A stretch of 33,913 bases of DNA, taken from positions 8,099 to 42,011 of the forward strand of contig JBBUED010000003.1 in the NCBI GenBank assembly GCA_038078215.1, given 5' to 3'. Of the stretch, positions 22,888 to 30,293 are shown one piece after another; positions within the stretch are counted from its first letter, which is position 1, and every line of letters starts with the position of its first letter. Both the position numbers and the translations under genes were made by a program. Source of the stretch: Patescibacteria group bacterium (lineage in GTDB: Bacteria > Patescibacteriota > Minisyncoccia > Phycocordibacterales > GWA1-40-21). Under the pieces are notes generated by a model, which was not told the origin of the DNA, ran no database searches, and saw only the letters and a list, made by a program, of their open reading frames with translations.

Positions 22888-23909
22888 ATATTGTTCAAAC
22901 TGTAACCCGGCTCGTTTGCGGAATAAATTATTTTATTTTCAAACAGATATTTAGCCAGCTCGTTTAACAGGGTTTTTTCTTTTCCTTCCGCTTCCATATG
23001 TCTCTGCGTTCCTATCATTCCCATAACAGGATCGCTTGAGAGCAGACTCAATTCCTTGAGTCCGTCGGAGCTTGCCATATAATTATTTAATATTTCCATA
23101 TGGGTTTGGAACAAGTCTTTTGGCGCCGCTATCCTTGACAATTCCACTGCCATATTTTTATAAACCTCCGAAACTCTGATGAGTCCTTTGAGAAATTCAG
23201 GGTCCACTAAATTGGCCGTTTCACCTTCTTTCACTAGAGGATTTTCAAGATATTGTTTTTGATATTTGGTTCGGATTAAGGCGAAAGAGTTGCCGTATGA
23301 TTTCAAGAGGACTTTATTGTCGGACGGAAAAGTTTTTATATCTTTCGGAAAATAATACTGAATAACTTTTTTGTTATTAAGTTCCTCGGCCACCAAATTG
23401 TTGGCGACGGCGGCAACGGACTCTTCATTGAAATTTCCCGATTGTTTCAAATTTATGTATTCGGCAAAAAGCTTTTTGCTTATAATGTCCGTTTCCGTGT
23501 CGGTCGTATACGACTCGCCTTCTATGCCGTTTTCGTTTGAGTCCTCCGTTTCGCTTTTCGCGTCAATTTCCGTTATTTTCTTTTTGACTTCTTCCGCGTC
23601 CGGTATGCCGTCGCCGTCAGTGTCGGGATTATGCGGGTCAAGTTTCCACAAGGTTTCTTCCCAGTCTTTGAGTCCGTCGCTGTCCGAATCAATATCCAAA
23701 ACTTCCACCGGATTTCTGACGACTTTGACTTCAGCGACGGTTTCCGCCCCGATTTCTCTTGTTGATTTTTGTTTGAGCAACAAAAAAGCCACCCCTCCCA
23801 GCGCGAGAAAAGTCAAAAATAATAAAATTATTTTTTTAGATCGCGATTTCAAATTATTCAAATGAAACTTAATAAAATTATACCAAATAAAAAGTTTAAT
23901 AAACAGCAA
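22884..23909 (-). CDS. Membrane-anchored protein with thrombospondin-type-3-like Ca-binding repeats
   Basis: TM helix (IILLFLTFLALGGVAFLLL), then DIDSDSDGLKDWEE and DPHNPDTDGDGIPDAEE (DxDxDGxxDxxE repeats). The track start is a TTG, so the true start is uncertain. Confidence 0.6.
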   Translation of the reverse strand: MLFIKLFIWYNFIKFHLNNLKSRSKKIILLFLTFLALGGVAFLLLKQKSTREIGAETVAEVKVVRNPVEVLDIDSDSDGLKDWEETLWKLDPHNPDTDGDGIPDAEEVKKKITEIDAKSETEDSNENGIEGESYTTDTETDIISKKLFAEYINLKQSGNFNEESVAAVANNLVAEELNNKKVIQYYFPKDIKTFPSDNKVLLKSYGNSFALIRTKYQKQYLENPLVKEGETANLVDPEFLKGLIRVSEVYKNMAVELSRIAAPKDLFQTHMEILNNYMASSDGLKELSLLSSDPVMGMIGTQRHMEAEGKEKTLLNELAKYLFENKIIYSANEPGYSLNNI

Positions 23910-23919
23910 ACTGACAGAA

Positions 23920-24017
23920 GGTTGTAGGGGTTAGGTTGTAGGTTGTAGGTTTTTTCTGTCATTCCCGCCTGCCCTCCTTCGCTAAAAGCTTCGAAAGGGC
24001 AAAGCGCGGGAATGACA
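23920..24017. repeat. GGTTGTAGG repeat copy followed by a GTCATTCCCGC palindrome
   Basis: ggttgtaggggttaggttgtaggttgtagg (23920-23949), then tgtcattcccgc (23957-23968) ... gcgggaatgaca (24006-24017) with an imperfect inner stem (gccct..ttcg / cgaa..agggc). Confidence 0.6.
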
Positions 24018-24055
24018 ATTCAAAGAAATAGAATAAGGTCAGGTTAGATTTTTTG

Positions 24056-24085
24056 TTTGATTATTATTGATATATAATAATCAAA
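24056..24085. promoter_or_regulatory. Perfect 12-bp-arm palindrome immediately upstream of the 24099 gene (possible operator)
   Basis: tttgattattat-tgatat-ataataatcaaa ends 14 nt before ATG 24099 and overlaps a TATAAT-like hexamer. Confidence 0.4.
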
Positions 24086-24098
24086 TCAAAGTTTCACA

Positions 24099-25232
24099 AT
24101 GAATAATCCTAATAAAATTGCATTTTTCAGCTTTATTTTTCTGCTATTTTTTGTTTGGGGGAGGTTTAATTTTGAAATTCATTTTGCTTTGGCGGAAGAT
24201 GAATCAAAATCATTCTTTTTTAATAAAAACCTTAAAACTGGCGATAGGAATGAGGATGTCAGAAATTTACAGAAAATTTTGAACAAAAATTCAACCACCA
24301 AAATTTCTTCTTTCGGTTCGGGGTCATCAGGCAACGAAACCGACTTTTTCGGCGAGTTGACCAAAAAAGCCGTTATAAAATTTCAAGAATTGCACGCTTC
24401 AGAGATTTTATATCCATTCGGTCTAAAATCCGGCACAGGTTTTGTCGGTGCCGCGACCAGATTAAAATTCAATTCTTTGATGGAAAAAGATGAGGAAAAC
24501 ACCCTTTCGGTTTCAGTAAAAAATAATTCCTCCGCTCAAACAGAAAGTTCTTTCAGCGGTCGTTCGTACAAAGTTGTCTCAAGTTTGGAACAAGACAAAC
24601 AAGATGCCGTTAGCAATTCAAGCTCGGCCAGTTTCTCGTTTTTTGGGTCAGAAGCGGTTTCGGTTAGAGTTTATAACACTTCAGAATATCAAGTTTCGCC
24701 CGGCGACGATGTGATTTTAACGGGTGAAGGATTCACTTCATTGTCAAATACCCTTCATTTAGGAGAAAATCGCTCAATTCCTAATTTAGCTGCCAGTGAA
24801 AAAGGCACAAAAATATCTTTTGTTATTCCAAAAGATTTACCGCTTGCAAAATACGGCATTTGGGTTACAAACGCGAACGGGACGAGTAAGAGTAATGCCG
24901 TAAAGATATATATTGTTATTACAGATAGTCCGACAGATAGACCTGTTGTGGAAAAAATTGAGCCGAGAGAAGCGACTTATGACAGTGAAATAACAATTTC
25001 CGGGAAAGGATTTACCGCAAGTGGAAATAACATATATTCAATGTTTGGCAACATAATGAATATTCCCTCGTCCGACGGAAAAACATTAAAATTCAAAGCA
25101 TCGTCAATGCAACAGATAGTAAAAATACAAGCTGATAAAAGCGCAAAAAATATGCCTATAGAAGTTTGGTTTTATGTTGTGAATGATAACGGGTATAATA
25201 AAGAGCCAGCGAGTTTTATAATTAAATTTTAA
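24099..25232 (+). CDS. Secreted protein with a peptidoglycan-binding (PG_binding_1-like) domain and two IPT/TIG-like domains
   Basis: Signal peptide; LKTGDRNEDVRNLQKILN ... FGELTKKAVIKFQELH (PG-binding signature). Two modules resemble VSPGDDVILTGEGFTS... and PVVEKIEPREATYDSEITISGKGFTASGN. Confidence 0.7.
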   Translation: MNNPNKIAFFSFIFLLFFVWGRFNFEIHFALAEDESKSFFFNKNLKTGDRNEDVRNLQKILNKNSTTKISSFGSGSSGNETDFFGELTKKAVIKFQELHASEILYPFGLKSGTGFVGAATRLKFNSLMEKDEENTLSVSVKNNSSAQTESSFSGRSYKVVSSLEQDKQDAVSNSSSASFSFFGSEAVSVRVYNTSEYQVSPGDDVILTGEGFTSLSNTLHLGENRSIPNLAASEKGTKISFVIPKDLPLAKYGIWVTNANGTSKSNAVKIYIVITDSPTDRPVVEKIEPREATYDSEITISGKGFTASGNNIYSMFGNIMNIPSSDGKTLKFKASSMQQIVKIQADKSAKNMPIEVWFYVVNDNGYNKEPASFIIKF

Positions 25233-25633
25233 TGATTTTTAATTTTTTAAAGAAAAAATTTGCAATTTTATTGATTATTTCCATCTGGATAATGCCCGCC
25301 AATTCTTTCGCTTTTAGTCTGGGAGCCGGAGGTATGGTGCCCGGACTTCCTTTTGGCGGACTTGTTATCGTTACATTGCCTTGCACTTGCAGTGCTAATT
25401 TATGGATATGGTTTACCCCCTTGTATCCACTCCCATTGCCTACAGCTGGTCCCCTTGTCTATCAACCCGGTTACACTACTTTGTATGGCGATTTTGCGAT
25501 TGGGGTTCCAGCTACTTGGCATTTAGGTTCATATACTCCGGGGATTCAAACTTGTTGGCAGTATGTCGGTATAACTTGCGCTCCTATGGTAAATTACGGC
25601 CTTATGAACAAAGTCGGAACAGGTTTGCCTTAA
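25232..25633 (+). CDS. Small secreted Cys/Pro/Trp/Tyr-rich hypothetical protein (133 aa)
   Basis: Signal peptide (ILLIISIWIMPANSFA). The start overlaps the upstream stop (taATG), suggesting translational coupling. Followed by a strong terminator. Confidence 0.55.
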   Translation: MIFNFLKKKFAILLIISIWIMPANSFAFSLGAGGMVPGLPFGGLVIVTLPCTCSANLWIWFTPLYPLPLPTAGPLVYQPGYTTLYGDFAIGVPATWHLGSYTPGIQTCWQYVGITCAPMVNYGLMNKVGTGLP

Positions 25634-25646
25634 TTCTTCAAAAGAA

Positions 25647-25690
25647 GAAGCCCAAAAGCTACATCGCATGTAGCTTTTGGGCTTCGGTTT
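25647..25690 (+). terminator. Intrinsic terminator
   Basis: 17-bp stem gaagcccaaaagctaca / tgtagcttttgggcttc with a 5-nt loop, followed by ggttt. Confidence 0.7.
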
Positions 25691-25753
25691 AAATGATGAC
25701 GCTTAAGAACTCTGTGGAAGTCAGACTTCCTATAGCACACAGTGCAGAAAGGC

Positions 25754-25800
25754 ATTTGGTACTCCGACTACCAAGCAACTTGGTAGTCGGAGTACCAAAT
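25754..25800. repeat. 22-bp perfect-arm palindrome
   Basis: atttggtactccgactaccaag-caa-cttggtagtcggagtaccaaat, between convergent genes. There is no clear U-run on either side. Confidence 0.6.
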
Positions 25801-25812
25801 TTCAGAAACAAA

Positions 25813-26646
25813 TCAAAGCGCCGCACTTAAACATTTCCACTGCTCTATTTTTACATTTTCCGCTCTGGCTTTTGGCGATACTCCGCAATTTTCCAAGGTT
25901 TTTTTAATATTTTCTCCGTTTTTTACCAAATGTCTCATGTTTCCCGCCAAAAGTTTTCTTTTGTGGGCAAACCCGGCTTTTACGATTTGGAAAAATTTTT
26001 CTTCATTAATTTCGTTGAAAAAATCGCGCGAAATGTTATTTATTAGCAATATCGCCGAGTCTACTTTCGGTTTTGGGGAAAAATTTTCTTTTGAAACTTT
26101 GCCGATATTTTTCGGTTTGCCATAAGCCTTAACGCTTATGGAAAGGATGCTTTCCTTGCCGTCATTTGCCGTAATTCTTTTCACTACTTCTTTTTGAAGG
26201 AGGATAACCATTTTGGAAGGCTGGTTTTCGCCGGACAGAAATTTTCTCAAAAACTGTCCCGTAATATAATAAGGAATATTGGCAATTAGTTTGTAGGCGG
26301 GAGTTAGGTTGTGGGTTGTAGGTTGTAGGTTGTAGGAAGAGAAAAAGGTTGCGGGGTTGAAATTAAGAATATCATCGTGGATAAGCTCTAGCTTGCCACT
26401 GGCTATTTCAGGCGAGAATTTGTCGCGGAGGAATTCAAACAACACATCGTCTTTTTCAACAGCGATGACCTTGCCGGATTTTTTAAGCAGTTCTTCCGTG
26501 AGAACGCCTTTGCCCGGCCCAGCTTCCAGTACGATGTCATTTTCTCCCACTTCCCCAGTTTCAATCATGTCTCTGAGCGCCGTTTTTGACTTCAAGAAAT
26601 TTTGTCCGAGCGATTTTTTTGCCTTTAACTTTGAAAAGTTATTCAT
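25813..26646 (-). CDS. rsmA: 16S rRNA (adenine1518/1519-N6)-dimethyltransferase RsmA/KsgA
   Basis: SLGQNFL, SAM-binding VLEAGPGKGVLTEEL, and ANIPYYITGQ. Confidence 0.9.
   Translation of the reverse strand: MNNFSKLKAKKSLGQNFLKSKTALRDMIETGEVGENDIVLEAGPGKGVLTEELLKKSGKVIAVEKDDVLFEFLRDKFSPEIASGKLELIHDDILNFNPATFFSSYNLQPTTHNLTPAYKLIANIPYYITGQFLRKFLSGENQPSKMVILLQKEVVKRITANDGKESILSISVKAYGKPKNIGKVSKENFSPKPKVDSAILLINNISRDFFNEINEEKFFQIVKAGFAHKRKLLAGNMRHLVKNGENIKKTLENCGVSPKARAENVKIEQWKCLSAAL
26290..26345. repeat. GGTTGTAGG-family repeat copy lying in frame inside rsmA
   Basis: tttgtaggcgggagttaggttgtgggttgtaggttgtaggttgtaggaagagaaaaa closely parallels the intergenic copy at 28701-28740 (ggttgtaggcggtaggttgtaggttgtaggaaaagagaa). 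On the minus strand it encodes FFSSYNLQPTTHNLTPAYK. Confidence 0.7.
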
Positions 26647-26687
26647 AATATTTATAAATGATTTTAACTGAAAATGTTCTTTTTTCT

Positions 26688-26722
26688 GCCCTAAAACCTA
26701 ACACCTAAAACCTACCACCTTC
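26688..26722. repeat. CCTAAAACC-type (C-rich orientation) repeat in the pcrA-rsmA spacer
   Basis: gccctaaaacctaacacctaaaacctaccaccttc. Confidence 0.6.
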
Positions 26723-28675
26723 TTATAAATCCATATAAATTATTTTCTCTCTGTATTCAAAACTTTTTTCCTCTTCAATGAATTCGGCATCTATGTCGGA
26801 GAGAAATTGAGACGGGCTATTGAGCTGAAGCGAGCCGAAAATCGTTCTTGTTTTGGCGTAAGAAAGAAAAAGTTTTTTCTTGGCTCTTGTTATCGCCACA
26901 TAAAACAAACGCCTCTCCTCCTCGGAATCCTCAACGCTTGGTCGGATACTCCCGATCCTTTGGTGGGGGAAAAGATCCTCTTCCAGTCCGGAAACGAAAA
27001 TATAATCAAATTCCAGCCCTTTGGAAGCGTGAACCGTCATCATTTTTACCGCTCCGCTCTCTTTTTCAAGGGAATCCTGGTCGGTTGACAGAGCTGATTC
27101 TTCAATCAGTTTTTCAACGCCCTCGCCATAAGGAAGATAATCATATTTTTTCGCCATTGTCGCGAGTTCCATCATGTTTTCCAGCCTTTCTTTGTCGTCA
27201 TCGCTTCCGTTTTTGAGCTCGTCTTCGGTTCCGCTTTCTTTGATAATAAATCTAATAATTTTCGAGGGTTTTAACAAGAGAACATTTTCTTTTATCTTAT
27301 CAAGAAGTCCGTAAAAATTAGCAACTTTAATCTTAGTCCCCGCCGGCAATTCCGACTCTCTGCCGGCGAATATCTTGGCGATAGTCACCTTTCCCAGACC
27401 TCTCGTCGGAAAATTTATTATCCTTTTTATATCGCTCAAACTGTCCCTGTTTAAAGCGGCGCGAAGATAAGAAAGAGTGTCTTTAACTTCTTTTCTCTCA
27501 AAGAATTTGACGCCGAGAAGCTGGTAAGGAAGATTAAGATTTAGAAAAGCTTCTTCAATGACTCGGGATTGGAAGTTAGCCCTATAAAGAATAGCGATGT
27601 CTTTGGGCGCTACTCCGTCCGCGATAAGGCTTTTGATTTTCTCCGCGATAAAACGCGCCTCCTCATTTTCATTATGAGCTTCAAAGAGAGTTACCTTATC
27701 GCCCTCTTTGTTTTTGGTGAACAGATTTTTCTTTCGCCTCATTGTGTTTTTCTCTATAATTCCATTCGCCACCGCGAGTATCGTTTGAGTGGAGCGGTAA
27801 TTTTCTTCCAAAATTATCGCTTTGGCTTCAGGATAATCTTTTTCAAAATTCAAAATATTTTGAATGTCCGCTCCTCTCCAGCCGTAGATATTTTGGTCAA
27901 TGTCGCCGACGGCGCAGATGTTCCTATTTTTTGCCGCGAGTAGGCGGACTATCTCGTATTGAGCTTTGTTGGTGTCTTGATATTCGTCAATGTGAATGTA
28001 TTGCCACAAATCTTGATAATAGGCCAAAATTCCACTATTTTTGCGGAGAAGTCTGTAAGTTTTCAGCAACAAATCGTCAAAATCCAGCGATTTTTCTTGT
28101 GACAGCCTTTTCTCATAAAGCGTCCAGACTTGAGCCGCGACTTTGTTAAGAGAATACCCTTTGAAAGCGTTTGCTCTTTCCAAATAATTTTCAACGGATG
28201 TCAGACATCCTTTTTCTCTTGAAATTATCCCCAAAATTTTTGACGGTTCAAATTGCTTAGAGTCAATGTCTAGCTCCTTGAGTATTTCTTTGACCGCCTT
28301 CAGCGAATCTCCCTTGTCAAAAATGGTGAAGTGCCTCGGAATGCCCAACTCCCGGCTGTTTTCTTTGATAATGCGGACGCCCAAAGAGTGAAAAGTGCTC
28401 ACGAAAGGAGTTTCGTTTCCGGAAATTGACAACTTCGCCAACGGACTTGAATCTAAAAGATGATTTACTCTTTCCCTCATTTCTTTCGCCGCTTTATTGG
28501 TAAAGGTAATCGCCAGTATCTGGCGAGGCGCAACCCCTTCGCTCACAAGATGGAAAATTCTATGCGTAATCGTCTTAGTCTTCCCTGAACCCGCTCCGGC
28601 GAGAATGAGCAATGGTCCATTTTTATGAAGCACTGTTTCTTTTTGTTTTTCATTGAGACCTTTTAAATAATCCAT
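26723..28675 (-). CDS. pcrA: UvrD/PcrA-type ATP-dependent DNA helicase
   Basis: GAGSGKT (Walker A), DEYQDTN, ENYRST, and VHASKGLEFD...YVAITRAKKKL motifs. Confidence 0.9.
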   Translation of the reverse strand: MDYLKGLNEKQKETVLHKNGPLLILAGAGSGKTKTITHRIFHLVSEGVAPRQILAITFTNKAAKEMRERVNHLLDSSPLAKLSISGNETPFVSTFHSLGVRIIKENSRELGIPRHFTIFDKGDSLKAVKEILKELDIDSKQFEPSKILGIISREKGCLTSVENYLERANAFKGYSLNKVAAQVWTLYEKRLSQEKSLDFDDLLLKTYRLLRKNSGILAYYQDLWQYIHIDEYQDTNKAQYEIVRLLAAKNRNICAVGDIDQNIYGWRGADIQNILNFEKDYPEAKAIILEENYRSTQTILAVANGIIEKNTMRRKKNLFTKNKEGDKVTLFEAHNENEEARFIAEKIKSLIADGVAPKDIAILYRANFQSRVIEEAFLNLNLPYQLLGVKFFERKEVKDTLSYLRAALNRDSLSDIKRIINFPTRGLGKVTIAKIFAGRESELPAGTKIKVANFYGLLDKIKENVLLLKPSKIIRFIIKESGTEDELKNGSDDDKERLENMMELATMAKKYDYLPYGEGVEKLIEESALSTDQDSLEKESGAVKMMTVHASKGLEFDYIFVSGLEEDLFPHQRIGSIRPSVEDSEEERRLFYVAITRAKKKLFLSYAKTRTIFGSLQLNSPSQFLSDIDAEFIEEEKSFEYREKIIYMDL

Positions 28676-28700
28676 CGGAAAACTATAACATACAAGAAGA

Positions 28701-28740
28701 AGGTTGTAGGCGGTAGGTTGTAGGTTGTAGGAAAAGAGAA
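28701..28740. repeat. GGTTGTAGG repeat (G-rich orientation) upstream of pcrA
   Basis: aggttgtaggcggtaggttgtaggttgtaggaaaagagaa; inverted relative to 26688-26722. Confidence 0.6.
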
Positions 28741-28964
28741 GAACTTTTTATAATTCAAGTATATGCCACAATCTTATCGTCCACCACAGAGGAGGCTTAC
28801 TTCTTTTCTGCCCAGCCAAAGCGAGCTTTTTCTTTTTAAAAGCCTTGCGCAGGAAATTAGAAAATGACAACTTTCTTAAATTGATTATTTTCTTGATTGA
28901 CGAGCAGAGAAATTTTCCAGTAGGAAAATATTCGTGCTTTTTAAAAGAGAATGCGAGCGGAAAG

Positions 28965-28973
28965 TTATCCACA
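28965..28973 (+). promoter_or_regulatory. Perfect consensus DnaA box TTATCCACA
   Basis: ttatccaca within agttatccacaggcg (identical to 1407-1421), 18 nt upstream of a -35 hexamer. Confidence 0.35.
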
Positions 28974-28990
28974 GGCGCAGTTTTTACTCG

Positions 28991-29018
28991 TTGACTTCCT
29001 CTGTCCAAAAGCTATATT
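28991..29018 (+). promoter_or_regulatory. Putative sigma70 promoter for the LysM-M23 peptidase gene
   Basis: TTGACT (28991-28996) - 16 nt - TATATT (29013-29018). It is followed by a ~170-220 nt leader with small hairpins (ctgcc-ggatttt-ggcag; aatggct-ttttaa-agccatt). Confidence 0.4.
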
Positions 29019-29241
29019 TAGAGTCTAGTCTGCATTACAGATTTTCTATTCTTTTCTGCCGGATTTTGGCAGAAAATGGCTTTTTAAAGCCATTTTACGG
29101 AAAAGTTGCGACGATTTTAATGAAATTAAGCTTATTTTACTACAACCACAAGACTCTGATTCGCATTTCTCCGTAAAACGAGCGAATCGGACGATAAAAT
29201 CGTTATTCTTAGGGCTTTTATACACGAGGCTCATTTTTAGT

Positions 29242-30222
29242 TTGGTATTGCTAGGCCTCCCCGCCATAGCCGATGCCAGCATGGCTTCCTTTTTTTCAAA
29301 TATGTTCGCTGGCGAAGAGGTCAAATCGGAAGCGTTGTTGGCGGAAACAAATTCCCAAAATATATCCTTGCTCCAAGCTGTGCCGAATTCGGATCCTAAC
29401 GCGGCAAAAGGAGGAGGAGATATCATTATTGTCGGAGACGAAGCTTTGCTTTCTGAAATAGGACCTTCCGGCACCACTGCCGACATAGAAGAGGGCTTCT
29501 CTGACGGCAAGATAGAGACTTATGTGGTCAAAAAAGGCGACTCTCTTTCCACTATAGCTAATATGTTCAGGGTATCCGCGAACACGATAATTTGGGCGAA
29601 TGACGTAAAAAACTCAACAATAAAAGAAGGCGACACCCTTATCATTTTGCCGATTTCAGGCGTTAAATATAAAGTTAGATCCGGAGACACTCTGAAAAGT
29701 ATAGCGATAAAATACAAAGGTGATATTGATGAGGTGCTTCAATACAATAATCTGGATATTAATTCCGCTCTTGCCGTTGGGCAGGAAATCATTATTCCAA
29801 ACGGTCAAATTGACCTTCAGGCAAAAAGCGCCAAAAACCTAAATTCAAAAATACGCGGAGCAAGCGGTCCTTCTTATGCCGGATATTATATTCGTCCGAT
29901 TGAAGGCGGGAGAAAAAGCCAAGGTCTTCACGGCTGGAACGCCGTTGATTTGGCGGCTCCATTAGGAACGCCGATATCCGCCGCCGCTTCCGGTGAAGTC
30001 ATTATAAGCAAAAATTACGGCTGGAACGGGGGTTATGGAAATTATGTTGTCATAGAGCATCCAAACAAAACTCAAACCGTGTACGGCCATATGTCCAAAA
30101 ACATTTCTTATCCAGGTCAATATGTTGAGCAAGGACAGATAATAGGCAGTGTCGGCTCAACCGGCAGGTCCACAGGTCCCCATGTCCATTTTGAAATCCG
30201 CGGCGCAAAGAATCCGTTTTAA
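29242..30222 (+). CDS. LysM-domain M23 family metallopeptidase (cell-wall hydrolase)
   Basis: Two LysM domains (YVVKKGDSLSTIANMF...GDTLIILP; YKVRSGDTLKSIAIKY...GQEIIIP). M23 motifs HGWNAVD, GNYVVIEH and GPHVHFEI. The track start is TTG 29242 and the true start is uncertain (see findings). Confidence 0.85.
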   Translation: MVLLGLPAIADASMASFFSNMFAGEEVKSEALLAETNSQNISLLQAVPNSDPNAAKGGGDIIIVGDEALLSEIGPSGTTADIEEGFSDGKIETYVVKKGDSLSTIANMFRVSANTIIWANDVKNSTIKEGDTLIILPISGVKYKVRSGDTLKSIAIKYKGDIDEVLQYNNLDINSALAVGQEIIIPNGQIDLQAKSAKNLNSKIRGASGPSYAGYYIRPIEGGRKSQGLHGWNAVDLAAPLGTPISAAASGEVIISKNYGWNGGYGNYVVIEHPNKTQTVYGHMSKNISYPGQYVEQGQIIGSVGSTGRSTGPHVHFEIRGAKNPF

Positions 30223-30293
30223 TATCTAAAATTTGCTCAACCTATTTATAGAATTAATCAAAATAATCATTGCCGTATAGGCTTAAAACAAAA

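Noticed and set aside
10536-23909. Integrative conjugative element or plasmid-derived conjugation module
   Set aside because: No relaxase, T4CP (VirD4), integrase/recombinase, replication gene or flanking tRNA/att repeats are visible. The flanks are core genes next to the origin. This cannot be fully excluded without the rest of the genome.
23920-28740. GGTTGTAGG-type repeats as a CRISPR array
   Set aside because: The copies are short tandem 7-nt units clustered in spacers kilobases apart. They are not regularly spaced 25-40-nt repeats separated by unique spacers, and no cas genes are present.
28991-29241. Riboswitch (for example c-di-AMP/ydaO type) in the long leader of the M23 peptidase gene
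   Set aside because: Only two small generic hairpins were seen. I could not recognise any conserved riboswitch core sequence. A covariance-model scan would be needed.
28748-29510. Minus-strand ORFs of 86 aa (28748-29008) and 154 aa (29046-29510), and the plus-strand 80-aa ORF (28934-29176)
   Set aside because: They overlap the promoter/leader region or the 5' end of the well-supported M23 peptidase gene. They have no motifs and no start context. The region is better explained as a long regulatory spacer.
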